Positions 25,837-35,392 of a DNA stretch of 64,000 nucleotides are shown here, piece by piece. The position numbers and the translations under genes were made by a program. How positions within the stretch are numbered: the first letter of the stretch is position 1; each line of letters begins with the position of its first letter. The stretch is taken from the IMG/VR virus record IMGVR_UViG_3300042935_001404; one strand, given 5' to 3'. The notes under the pieces were generated by a model. It was given only the letters and a program-made list of their open reading frames with translations, was not told the origin of the DNA and ran no database searches. Source of the stretch: a virus (taxonomy: Duplodnaviria > Caudoviricetes).

Positions 25837-27901
25837 CTGTATTATAACTGGTAAACCCGTTTTCTTTAACAACTTTGAGAATGTTCTCTACACGACCAGC
25901 AAGTTCGTCTCTATGCGATACCAGCCATATACTCTTGCAACGTTCTCGGCTCATTTTCTTAAGCAATGCCAGGGCATTTTCCACACCTTGTGTGTCTAGG
26001 CCGTTGTCAATCAGCTCGTCAATGAACAACAAGTTGATTGGTGAGTACAAACTTTCCCATACATCACGGAACGCCCAACTCATTGATAGGATCAATCGGT
26101 TACGTTCACCACGCGATAAGTTATCAAAGTCTAGTTCACGACCCAGTTCTTCAATCATCACACTCAAATCGTTTTGGAACTTCACAGTATGTGGCAACCC
26201 AATACGATCCAAGTAGTGTGTGAGTCGTGCGTTCAGATAACTCAAGTTTTGATCAATAATCTTCTTGCGTACAAAACTATCTTTACTTGTTAATAGTTTG
26301 AGCAAGAAGTCTTGATGTTCTTGTAGTCTTGTGAGATCGTTAAGTGTATCGTAGCTGACAGTTTGCAGGGCTTGTTGTTGCATTTCTGTAATCTGTTCAG
26401 TGTAAGGATCCCGTTCTTCGCCTTTGGTAGCAATTTGTGTCAGTAACGTGTTCATACGACTGCGGTGATCAACAGCCTGTGCTTCTGTATCGTAGTGTGT
26501 GATAGGTTGTGTGCCAACTTCTACCGGTGTGTGCTCTGCCAGTTGTTCGGCATAAGGATCTATTTCCGCATGTTTTGCATCAATCTTGTGCTGAATGTTT
26601 TCTAGTTCACTTGAGTGACGAATAGCTTCTGTTTCTGTTTGGTAGTGTGTGGTAGGTTTAGTGCCCAACACACCCAGTGCTTGCAATGCATCTGTATTTT
26701 CCATCCATTGACTATTAGTACTCAAAGCCTGCAGTGCGGCTTCTTGTAGGGCTTTCTCTTTTGTTGCCAACACCGTTTCGTGCGTGGCGTCGTGGAAGTC
26801 TTGACCACATGCATAACACTTGTGATTTTTTAGTTCTTCAATTTCAATTTTGAGTTTATCAACGGCTTTTTGTTCTTTTGCCTCATCGGCAACGCACCTA
26901 GCAATCAGTTTTTCAAGATCCACAATGTCCTTGGCTTGTTGTGTATAAGCGGCCAAGTTCACATGTGCTTGTAGTTCTGCTGTGATATCAATATGACTGA
27001 GATTGTTATAAGTTAGTTCCAACTCGCCAATGTCTTTGTGTTGTTTTTGTCGCCAAGCAGTTTGTCGACCAACAAGTGCAGTATACGCATCTTGTTGTTG
27101 TTTCCTTGTGGTCCACACAGATAGATCTTTGTGAGCCAGCAGTTCCACTTCAATGTCAATTTTTGCTAGATCATCATACTGGGCAACTAGATATGCCACA
27201 TCACTGTCGTACTTTTTCTGCCAAAGCACTTGCCTGCGTTTCAAACTTTCAATCTGTTCTTCAATGCGCTTGTTGGCTTCTTGCTCAGCACGGATACGAA
27301 ATTCTTCTTGTGAGATGCTGTCTTTGGTCTGCCGGTTGAGTTCTTTGATAGCGTCTGCACGTTCTGAAAGCAAGGTAATACCCAACAACTGCTCGATGAT
27401 GTTGCGTTGGTCATTGGCTTTTAAACTCAAGAACGGTTCGGTATAGGTATTCAATGCCAGCACATGTTTGAACATGTCGTGACTCATGTTCATCACACGT
27501 TCGATGGCATCTTGAGTTTCTCGACTGTCGCCTTGCGCTTCGTCGGTGACCACTTGTGCTTCATTGTTGACATAGAATCGCAACACATTTGGTTTTCGTC
27601 CACGTTCAATCTTGTACTCCTGTCCGTTGACCACAAAGTCTAAACTGACCAACATGCCTTTGCCATTGGTCTTGTTTACAAGATTGTCCTTGCGAATATT
27701 ACTTAATGCGTTGCCATACAAGGCATAACTCAAGGCATTGATGATTGTGGTTTTGCCAGTACCATTGCGTGATCCGTCACCGCCCAGGTCTAGATTTTCT
27801 CCCAACACCAAGGTAAGGTCGTTGCGATCAAACCCAATGCCTTGTGTGGCATTGCCCACACTCATAAAGTTTTTAACAGTTAAATTTTTAAATTTTATCA
27901 T
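25820..27901 (-). CDS. gp46: Recombination endonuclease ATPase subunit (gp46/Rad50/SbcC)
   Basis: NFMSVG, Walker A NGTGKTT, Q-loop region, Zn hook CYAC, LSRGE signature, LFIDE Walker B, VSH. Confidence 0.95.
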   Translation of the reverse strand: MIKFKNLTVKNFMSVGNATQGIGFDRNDLTLVLGENLDLGGDGSRNGTGKTTIINALSYALYGNALSNIRKDNLVNKTNGKGMLVSLDFVVNGQEYKIERGRKPNVLRFYVNNEAQVVTDEAQGDSRETQDAIERVMNMSHDMFKHVLALNTYTEPFLSLKANDQRNIIEQLLGITLLSERADAIKELNRQTKDSISQEEFRIRAEQEANKRIEEQIESLKRRQVLWQKKYDSDVAYLVAQYDDLAKIDIEVELLAHKDLSVWTTRKQQQDAYTALVGRQTAWRQKQHKDIGELELTYNNLSHIDITAELQAHVNLAAYTQQAKDIVDLEKLIARCVADEAKEQKAVDKLKIEIEELKNHKCYACGQDFHDATHETVLATKEKALQEAALQALSTNSQWMENTDALQALGVLGTKPTTHYQTETEAIRHSSELENIQHKIDAKHAEIDPYAEQLAEHTPVEVGTQPITHYDTEAQAVDHRSRMNTLLTQIATKGEERDPYTEQITEMQQQALQTVSYDTLNDLTRLQEHQDFLLKLLTSKDSFVRKKIIDQNLSYLNARLTHYLDRIGLPHTVKFQNDLSVMIEELGRELDFDNLSRGERNRLILSMSWAFRDVWESLYSPINLLFIDELIDNGLDTQGVENALALLKKMSRERCKSIWLVSHRDELAGRVENILKVVKENGFTSYNTDVETV

Positions 27902-28640
27902 TCCGTGTCTTTATTGCTTCTTGATAATGACGATACAGCATGTTTTCTACTGCATCAATTTCTCTACTGTTACGCCAAGTCAACTCGATACTGGGCATAA
28001 CATACTGTTTGATAAAATCAAACGCTACCAACGGCGTAGGTTGTACAATACCTAAATCTAAATCAGAATATTTACTTTTACGTTTAAAGTCACTCATGCC
28101 CTTTAACGGCTCGTGACAAATCCAATTTGCATCAATTTCAAGATATTCGCTATTGTCGACAAGCATAAATCGATAATCAATGCTGTGCTGTTCAAGTAGT
28201 AGTTTAGCATACTCAACATAATGTTGCGACCTTAGTTGGTGTTGATCAACCGAAATATATTGATGATGATATTTCTGTACCTCATCGGTAGTGGATGCAC
28301 TACTGATCCAGAACTTATATTTACCGCAACTGACTACATTATCTTTATACATAGGATCACTGGCAATAACGTCGTTCCAGAATACTGGATTGTTATGAGC
28401 AAGAACTAAATCTAATCTATTTGGCTGAGCCCATTGTATTATTACCACATCGGCAGAATTGATATTTTGCTTTAGTTGATTAACAATAAACTCGTTTCCG
28501 GCACCATATCTGCTGTAGTTGTTGAGCTCTAGTTCCTTGGTCATCAACTTGATGATTTCGGGCCATTTCCAATATTTTGGATACCAGCCAGGAACAGCAA
28601 TACTATCCCCATACCCATCTGCTAATGTCAATAATCTCAT
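27888..28640 (-). CDS. SGNH-like hypothetical protein inserted between gp47 and gp46
   Basis: LADGYGDS, NYSRYGAGNEFI, IIQWAQPNRLD. Confidence 0.45.
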   Translation of the reverse strand: MRLLTLADGYGDSIAVPGWYPKYWKWPEIIKLMTKELELNNYSRYGAGNEFIVNQLKQNINSADVVIIQWAQPNRLDLVLAHNNPVFWNDVIASDPMYKDNVVSCGKYKFWISSASTTDEVQKYHHQYISVDQHQLRSQHYVEYAKLLLEQHSIDYRFMLVDNSEYLEIDANWICHEPLKGMSDFKRKSKYSDLDLGIVQPTPLVAFDFIKQYVMPSIELTWRNSREIDAVENMLYRHYQEAIKTRNDKI

Positions 28641-29437
28641 GCAATTATATTCTGAATTTGGTCTGTATTGGTAAAAAAGTCAGCAAAATCGTTGTGTGGT
28701 ATTTCAATGTTGTACTTTAACCAAATGTAGTAATATACTACGGCTTGAGTCCAGATATCTGTAATATCTGTTAGATCTTTGGATTGTTTAGCCAACACGT
28801 AAGATAGTACTGTATTTGCAGTTACCACGGGATCAATGTATTTGGCATTTGCCTTGCGCCACTCTGCCCACAAATTATGAAAATCGCCTGTTTTTACAAT
28901 AGAGTTTAATATAGTATGGCATTCTTCGTAGTCAACATATAATTCTGCTACATCAAGAGAATTTTCATCTGATTCGCGCCATGCAGATCGTAGTGGATGA
29001 TCACGCAGATATAAAAAATATTTTTCTCGATGTGCCCATGGCTCGTCAGTGTTCCACCCATCAATGGGCAACTGTTTTTTAATGCTACTCCTCATGGCTT
29101 TTTCAATCATGGTACGAGCAACCACTGGCCAACTGTATTTACAATAACAAATTTTGATAGTGACTGCACCCGGAAACTCAGATTTAAACAGATCTGATTC
29201 ATTATCAATTCCGTTGTCAACTAGAACACAGTAATTTTTATCATCAAGGAATTCTATTCCTCCGGGCCAACAATCCTTGGTATATTTAGGAGCAATTAGA
29301 TCTAGACTATGACTATCGCCAGTTGAAGAAAATCCCAATGATTTTTTTGGTCTCATAAAGTTGTTGCCATGCAATGTTAACACTGCATTAACAAAGTGAC
29401 CAAATCCTCCGCTAGGATACCAAACACAATAGATCAT
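28637..29437 (-). CDS. Hypothetical protein inserted between gp47 and gp46
   Basis: 266-aa ORF coupled to both neighbours; N-terminal YPSGGFGHF Gly-rich loop; function not assignable. Confidence 0.6.
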   Translation of the reverse strand: MIYCVWYPSGGFGHFVNAVLTLHGNNFMRPKKSLGFSSTGDSHSLDLIAPKYTKDCWPGGIEFLDDKNYCVLVDNGIDNESDLFKSEFPGAVTIKICYCKYSWPVVARTMIEKAMRSSIKKQLPIDGWNTDEPWAHREKYFLYLRDHPLRSAWRESDENSLDVAELYVDYEECHTILNSIVKTGDFHNLWAEWRKANAKYIDPVVTANTVLSYVLAKQSKDLTDITDIWTQAVVYYYIWLKYNIEIPHNDFADFFTNTDQIQNIIA

Positions 29438-30450
29438 AGATTTTGATAGATCTTTAACAACAATTTTGGATCGTAAAATTCACTCTCAATATTTGTAAGT
29501 TGATCGGTAACAATTTGATCAACAGATTCAAACTTTACTTCTCCAGGTGCCATGTCTGTGTCGACACCAGAATTTTTATTTGGGATTAGAGCCATTTCTC
29601 TCAATTGATATTCTTTAATATAGGTTTCTTTGATGAAGTTGGCTTCTTCATAACTGATCTCAATGTCTAACTGCACTCGAACATGCATGTCTTTTGCTAG
29701 CACAATGGCAGCATTGTCGATAACCGAGCTCAGGCCTAGCACACGATAGCGTGGCTGCGCAGGCCAAGCATGATACACAGGATCCTGTCCCCACTCTAAC
29801 ACTGTCATGCCACGTTCGTCGTCTCCGGCATCAGCATAGTTGTGTGGAAAGCAGTTGCCAATGTAGGTAATGTTCTTTTTGGTCTGACGTTTGTGAAAGT
29901 GTCCGGTAAACACATGTTCAAAGTTGTTGAAGTCTTCTCTGCGGATCTCTCCGTGATCTGGCATCTCTACCATGGCATTCATCATGTATCCAGGCAGTTC
30001 AAAGTGCCCGAACATGTATTTGCCTGTTAGTTTTGGAATACGTTTATGGTCGTCGCCACACAGCCAAGGAGCAATGACCACATCACCAATGGTGGTCCAA
30101 TCATTGCATATTTCAATATTGGGGAGATGCTTGGCCCATTCCACACTTTGTATATCTCGTTTGTCGCGATAGTACAGGTCGTGATTGCCAGGAATAAAAT
30201 AAACACGTTCAAAGTTGTCATTCATGTGCTCCAGTGCTTGCAAACTGTAGTTTAGGGTGACAATGTTTAGGCTTGATCGATTGTTGTGCCAGTCGCCCAA
30301 GAACAAACAGGTTTCGCAACCTTCTTCTTTTGCTTTGGCAGTGGCCCACTTGACAAAAGCCAAACAGTCTTCGTTGTGCAGGGTGCTGTTTGACTTGAGT
30401 CCAAAGTGAATGTCGGTAAAGATTGCGGCTTTTTTAAATAGATTGGACAT
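29434..30450 (-). CDS. gp47: Recombination endonuclease nuclease subunit (gp47/Mre11/SbcD)
   Basis: FTDIHFG, FLGDWH, IPGNHD, GHF, TGHFH; start MSNLF at 30450. Confidence 0.95.
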   Translation of the reverse strand: MSNLFKKAAIFTDIHFGLKSNSTLHNEDCLAFVKWATAKAKEEGCETCLFLGDWHNNRSSLNIVTLNYSLQALEHMNDNFERVYFIPGNHDLYYRDKRDIQSVEWAKHLPNIEICNDWTTIGDVVIAPWLCGDDHKRIPKLTGKYMFGHFELPGYMMNAMVEMPDHGEIRREDFNNFEHVFTGHFHKRQTKKNITYIGNCFPHNYADAGDDERGMTVLEWGQDPVYHAWPAQPRYRVLGLSSVIDNAAIVLAKDMHVRVQLDIEISYEEANFIKETYIKEYQLREMALIPNKNSGVDTDMAPGEVKFESVDQIVTDQLTNIESEFYDPKLLLKIYQNL

Positions 30451-30520
30451 AGTTATATAAGGTAATACCAACTATTATTGTACTACCTGTGTTGCTGAGA
30501 AACAACCGTTATGGCAAGAT

Positions 30521-31513
30521 TCAAACGGTATTGGCTGGGTTCGGGTCGGTCTCTGCCGCAGGCTTGTCAACAATGTAAGTGGTGATAGTGACTGGACCAC
30601 TCAAGGCGGCCATACTGGGCTTGGAAGCATTTTGTCGTGTCCAACTAGGGCTCAGTCCATTGATTTCTAAAATGTCATCACGAATGTTTTGACTTTTCTT
30701 TTCTAAATTAAGGATGCGAGTAAAGCTGTTAGTGATAGCGGCAGTATAATACGCAAAAGGGTTCTGCGATTTTGATTCATCAAACTGGAGTCCGATTTGA
30801 CTGAGTTGTAGCAAGGCCTGTCCTCGCATTTCTTCGTTGTAGGTGTATCCACGCCAATTACTCCTTGTAGCATATCTTTCGCACAGTTTCATAAACATGT
30901 GCGCCAACTTACGTGTCATGTCGCCGTGATCCTTGCTGAAGCAGCCGGTTTCTAAATCGCCCCGCCAATGACTACGGCCCACACAGAATCGTTCTTTGTT
31001 TTCGTCTAAGCGCCAGTGTTCAAATGGAGGAAAGTTCAGTCGCTGTCGCACCGGGTTCAACACCACGTCATCCAGCAGTTCGTCCAGGGAATCGTCAATG
31101 GGTTCGTCTTCAAACTCCAGCAGATCCTCAATTTTTTGTTTTTTCTTTTGTGCAGATTTTGGAATCTTTTTCTCGGCCATTGGGATATGATCCCAGCAAC
31201 TGATACGGAACACTAGGTCTGTATTGGGAATTTTAACAGGGTCCACAATGGTGCCTTCGCGCTTGAGTCGATCAGCACGATTGCGTCTAGCTTCGGCTAT
31301 GGTGCGTTGGTTAATTTTGTCCAAACTGGGCAAAATAATGTCGTACTGGCTGTCTACCGCAGGATCTACGTAGTAGCAGTAGGTGTTTTTACTGGCATGT
31401 ATCTCTTTGAGAATGTCTCTGTTGTTGAGATAGTTTACTTTTGGTGCAGTGGGGGTTGATGATATTGATTTTGACGGATCCAGGGTGGATGCCGTTCGTT
31501 TAGATGTTGCCAC
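30521..31513 (-). CDS. gp55: Late transcription sigma factor (gp55 family) with a long insertion
   Basis: YLNNRDIL; KLCERYATRSNWRGYTYNEEM; FDESKSQNPFAYYT..ITNSF..IL..EKK; GTG start with GAGGAG SD. Confidence 0.85.
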   Translation of the reverse strand: MATSKRTASTLDPSKSISSTPTAPKVNYLNNRDILKEIHASKNTYCYYVDPAVDSQYDIILPSLDKINQRTIAEARRNRADRLKREGTIVDPVKIPNTDLVFRISCWDHIPMAEKKIPKSAQKKKQKIEDLLEFEDEPIDDSLDELLDDVVLNPVRQRLNFPPFEHWRLDENKERFCVGRSHWRGDLETGCFSKDHGDMTRKLAHMFMKLCERYATRSNWRGYTYNEEMRGQALLQLSQIGLQFDESKSQNPFAYYTAAITNSFTRILNLEKKSQNIRDDILEINGLSPSWTRQNASKPSMAALSGPVTITTYIVDKPAAETDPNPANTV

Positions 31514-31534
31514 AGGCAGTGTCTCCTCGTAATG

Positions 31535-31567
31535 TATTTATTATAACACTTTTTACTGCGTTGTCAA
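31535..31567 (-). promoter_or_regulatory. Consensus sigma70 promoter overlapping a late TAAATA core
   Basis: TTGACA (31567-31562)-N16-TATAAT (31545-31540) with TGn extension; TAAATA at 31540-31535. Confidence 0.8.
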
Positions 31568-31601
31568 CCTTTATCATTATGTGGCCAGTTTATTTCTGCG
31601 A

Positions 31602-31607
31602 TAAATA
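31602..31607 (+). promoter_or_regulatory. Late promoter core of the baseplate operon
   Basis: TAAATA, then AGGA SD and ATG 31625. Confidence 0.65.
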
Positions 31608-31624
31608 TTGTATAGGAAAAAGAT

Positions 31625-33628
31625 ATGGCAACTACCCCAGGTTACGATCCAAAAAAGGCAGCACTGTTTAATCAACTCCGTCAGGGAGGCGCGAGTGAAG
31701 ATGCCGCTGCCGCCCAAGCAGGAATCACTGACGCTCCCTTCGGCACCTATGCTGTTGGCGATAACGGCCAAATGGGAGCCGCTGTAGCCGGCGCCGGCAA
31801 AGTGGCTGGTGTTGATTTTGTAGCACCAACTGCGGCCGAAACTGCTGAAAGTGCTAGATTTAACCAAGGCTTGCAATCACCGGCTAATTTTGAACAGGTT
31901 GATTATGCTCTAGAAGCCAAAAATCCACCAAGCAAAGTAACCCCAATCAACTACACCACTGACAGTACAGAAACTGTGAGCGGTGGTGGTTCTACCAATA
32001 CCGTTTCCGGTGCTCCGCAACCTACTCCTGCAAGCCGATCATTGCAGCCAGCCATTAATGCCAAACAAGCTGAACTTGAACAATTTACCCGAGACAATCC
32101 CAGCGACTTTGCTAGAAAAAAAGCAGGTAATCCGCCTCTCAGTCCTGAAGAAAACCAACAACGAACAGAAAAACTTGCCGCCCTGAAGGCCGAAAAGGAA
32201 GCTCTTGTACGCAAACAAGAAAATGCCGAAGCACCCGGCACACCCACAGTCACCACAGTTCCAAACACAACCACTACAACTACCACAACCACCTCAGGAA
32301 CTACCGCAGTAGATACTGCTGTGCAGTCGCCAGGTGGATCAGACCCTGTTATAAATCAACAAACTGACACAGCCCTGGGAGTCACAGTTGGCGCCTCTAA
32401 TGTTCAGACAGCTCCAGTTGCAGTTGGAGATGAAGCACTGCAAGCCACAGAAGATGCACAGGCAGCGGCCTTGGCCGAACAAGAAGGCCGCGCATTTGCA
32501 CCAGCACCAGTGTCAGGTGACGAAGCAATAGATGCAGCTAACGAAGCCGAGTTAGCACAACTGCGTGAAGCAGAAGGTGCGGCAATTTTTGCACCTAATC
32601 CTGTGTTGGGCTCAGGTGATGAAGCAATAGATGCAGCCAACGAAGCTGAACTGGCACAGATACGTGAAGCAGAAGGTGCGGCAATTTTTGCACCAGACCC
32701 GTTGCCAGCGGCAACTCCTTCCCCAGATTTTGCCGCCAACCCCGATGAAGAAGCCGAACGTGACAATCTCAATGCTGCCATAAAACAAGGCACCTTGGAC
32801 AAGGCACGGGCACAGAATACCATTGCTAACCAGCGCAGAAATCCCAACAACGGTGATTGGCGTGTGAAACTAAGACTGGCACCCGGTGCTGATTATTTGT
32901 ACAACGCCCCTGAACCTGGAATATTAAATCCTTTAAAAGGAACAGGGATAATATTTCCTTATACACCCACTATTAGCACTTCGTACAAAGCCACCTATTC
33001 AAGTTATGACCTCACACATTCAAACTACAAAGGCTACTACTATCAAAGCAGTTCAGTTGAGCCCGTTACACTGAGTTGCCCATTTACAGCACAAAGCACA
33101 GTGGAAGCTGAGTACTTGTTGGCAGTGATACACTTTTTCAAATCAGTGACAAAAATGTTCTATGGTCAAGATCCTCAACGTGGCACACCGCCGCCCCTGG
33201 TGTATCTCACCGGCCTGGGTGAATTTCAATTCAATGAGCATCCCTGTGTGGTGCAGTCGTTTACTTACGACCTGCCTGTGGATGTGGACTATATACGTGC
33301 TCGAAGTCCCAACGTCAACAACAGTAACATGCTTAACAAACGTCAAAGTGGCAATCCCACAGGTCCAGGTACAACCTTTGGTGGCGGCATACTAGGAAAT
33401 GTCTTAGGTGGAGCCATCAATCGCTTGGCCAATGCCGGATTACCCAAAGGCGGAATGAGCAAACCACCTGCGCCTGCATCATTTGGTCAAAATACTCCAA
33501 CCTATGTGCCGACCAAAATGACCATAGCCATATCACTGCTGCCGGTTCAAAGCCGCAAGCAACAAAGCCAGCAGTTCAGCCTAAGACAATATGCCAATGG
33601 TGACCTACTCAAAGGAGGATTCTGGTAA
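31625..33628 (+). CDS. Tail-tube-initiator-like baseplate protein (gp54/gp48-like) with a low-complexity N-terminal half
   Basis: C-terminal IIFPYTPTI, PFTAQ, HFFKSVTKMFYG, PPPLVYL.GLG, PCVV.SF..DLP..VDY; upstream of gp53. Confidence 0.6.
   Translation: MATTPGYDPKKAALFNQLRQGGASEDAAAAQAGITDAPFGTYAVGDNGQMGAAVAGAGKVAGVDFVAPTAAETAESARFNQGLQSPANFEQVDYALEAKNPPSKVTPINYTTDSTETVSGGGSTNTVSGAPQPTPASRSLQPAINAKQAELEQFTRDNPSDFARKKAGNPPLSPEENQQRTEKLAALKAEKEALVRKQENAEAPGTPTVTTVPNTTTTTTTTTSGTTAVDTAVQSPGGSDPVINQQTDTALGVTVGASNVQTAPVAVGDEALQATEDAQAAALAEQEGRAFAPAPVSGDEAIDAANEAELAQLREAEGAAIFAPNPVLGSGDEAIDAANEAELAQIREAEGAAIFAPDPLPAATPSPDFAANPDEEAERDNLNAAIKQGTLDKARAQNTIANQRRNPNNGDWRVKLRLAPGADYLYNAPEPGILNPLKGTGIIFPYTPTISTSYKATYSSYDLTHSNYKGYYYQSSSVEPVTLSCPFTAQSTVEAEYLLAVIHFFKSVTKMFYGQDPQRGTPPPLVYLTGLGEFQFNEHPCVVQSFTYDLPVDVDYIRARSPNVNNSNMLNKRQSGNPTGPGTTFGGGILGNVLGGAINRLANAGLPKGGMSKPPAPASFGQNTPTYVPTKMTIAISLLPVQSRKQQSQQFSLRQYANGDLLKGGFW
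32514..32694 (+). repeat. 99-nt (33-aa) tandem repeat
   Basis: GDEAIDAANEAELAQ.REAEGAAIFAP at 32514 and 32613, plus a degenerate copy upstream. Confidence 0.9.
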
Positions 33629-33927
33629 TGGCAACTTATAATGCAACCAGTCCGTACTATACCACAGGATACAGTCAGTTCTTTTTGGATGCCATGGTCA
33701 ATAGACCAATACCCAGCCAGAGCGATGACTTGCCATTCACAATCAATCAAACATATCAGTATCGTCCAGACCTGTTGGCATTTGACCTGTACGACAATGG
33801 CGGACTGTGGTGGGTGTTTTATCAACGCAATCCCAACACACTGACAAAACCACCTTTGGATTTTAAAATCAATACGTTTATCTACGTGCCCAAGTTGAGC
33901 ACACTGCGTTCAGTACTGGGGTTTTAA
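33628..33927 (+). CDS. gp53: Baseplate wedge protein (gp53/LysM-like)
   Basis: YRPDLLAFDLY..GLWWVF..RN...I.VP pattern. Confidence 0.75.
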   Translation: MATYNATSPYYTTGYSQFFLDAMVNRPIPSQSDDLPFTINQTYQYRPDLLAFDLYDNGGLWWVFYQRNPNTLTKPPLDFKINTFIYVPKLSTLRSVLGF

Positions 33928-33930
33928 ACG

Positions 33931-35391
33931 ATGGCAACAGTAGCAGAATTAGATGCACGTTGGGAAGCACAATATCAGATAGTGCTGGCATTGCGGCGAG
34001 AACTCACTGCTGCTCAAGCAGCCGTTGCACAATCTGCTGCCTATCAAAATGGCACAGAAGCCGAACGAGTGGCATTGGGTCAAGTTGGCGCAGTAGAAGC
34101 GGCCAGACTGGCGTTTAACGCAGAAAATCAAAAACTTACTGCATTAAAAAAAGAACTTGATGCTGCCGTGGCTGCTGAAGCCGCTGAAAAAGAAGCAACC
34201 ACATCGCCAACAACATCTGCGGCCACTGATGTTGCCAACAGTGCCGCTGGTGCTACACAGAATCCTGCACCGGCTCCGGCCAGTGCCGGACGACTCACAA
34301 CTACTGAAGCTGCCACCTTGGCACAGAATACAGAAACAGGAACCAACCCTCCTGTAAAGACTCTAACAGAAACACAGAGTGTTCCGCCAGCCAACACCGG
34401 TAACGAGACTGAAGGACGGCCAGGCGGAGCACCGGGTGTGGGCGCCAAGGGCGAAGATGGATCAACCGCGGCAAACACCAAACAAATTATAGCGGCCACA
34501 CAGGCCAACCAATCAGCATTTGCCCCAAGAGATAATGTATTGGATCAATACGCCAGTTATACCTACAACATTGGGTGGTATCTACTGACACCTGAACAAT
34601 ACACTGCTTTGCAAAAAACCAGTAAAATAACAATAAGTCAATATAATTTATTGATTCAAAGTGGAGGTGCACCGTCAACTGTTGAAGGAGTACAACCTGA
34701 ATTAACAACCGGCGGCGCAGTGGCCGGAGTTTCGCAGTCTGCTGGTCGCAACCCATTCTTTGGCCTAGATTACTATTTTGATAACTTGGAAATAAAAAGT
34801 GTTATCACTGGCAAAGGAAGCAACAGCGCACACAATGCCGCAGAACTGAGTTTTACAGTGACTGAAACTGCAGCCATAACACTGATTGACAATCTCTGGA
34901 AAGCAGTGAAGGGCGCATACAAAGATTCCAAGATACCATATTCGGCCGCAATATATGCACTGGTCATACGATTTTACGGCTACGACGAAAATGGAAAAAT
35001 TGTTCAAGCCAGCGACTCTGACAACAAAAATGCTGTTGTTGAAAAAATCATACCGTTCAAGTTGGCTGACATTGACTTTACAGTGTCTAACAAGTTGATT
35101 GAGTATCACGTTAAAGGAGTTGCTGTTCCATACACAGTGGGATTTGGAACAAACTTAGGCGTGATCAAATCAAATATTGAAATTTCAGGTGCCACTGTAA
35201 AAGATTTATTAACCAAAGGAGTTGTAGTGGCCGAAGTATCACCAGCCGACGGAAGAAAACCAACTCCAACGCCTGCCAAGCCAGCCGCCCCAGCTGCCGC
35301 ATCAACCACAACACCTCAGACTCTGGTGATCACTGGCGAGGCTGGTCAAGATGTAGGTGCTGGAACTCTTGGCGATTACGTAGGAGCATAA
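33931..35391 (+). CDS. Baseplate hub-like protein, part 1
   Basis: Ala-rich N-terminus; NVLDQYASYTYNI, YYFDNLEI, FTVTE, IRFYGYD, IPF motifs; lies between gp53 and gp5. Confidence 0.5.
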   Translation: MATVAELDARWEAQYQIVLALRRELTAAQAAVAQSAAYQNGTEAERVALGQVGAVEAARLAFNAENQKLTALKKELDAAVAAEAAEKEATTSPTTSAATDVANSAAGATQNPAPAPASAGRLTTTEAATLAQNTETGTNPPVKTLTETQSVPPANTGNETEGRPGGAPGVGAKGEDGSTAANTKQIIAATQANQSAFAPRDNVLDQYASYTYNIGWYLLTPEQYTALQKTSKITISQYNLLIQSGGAPSTVEGVQPELTTGGAVAGVSQSAGRNPFFGLDYYFDNLEIKSVITGKGSNSAHNAAELSFTVTETAAITLIDNLWKAVKGAYKDSKIPYSAAIYALVIRFYGYDENGKIVQASDSDNKNAVVEKIIPFKLADIDFTVSNKLIEYHVKGVAVPYTVGFGTNLGVIKSNIEISGATVKDLLTKGVVVAEVSPADGRKPTPTPAKPAAPAAASTTTPQTLVITGEAGQDVGAGTLGDYVGA

Positions 35392-35392
35392 C

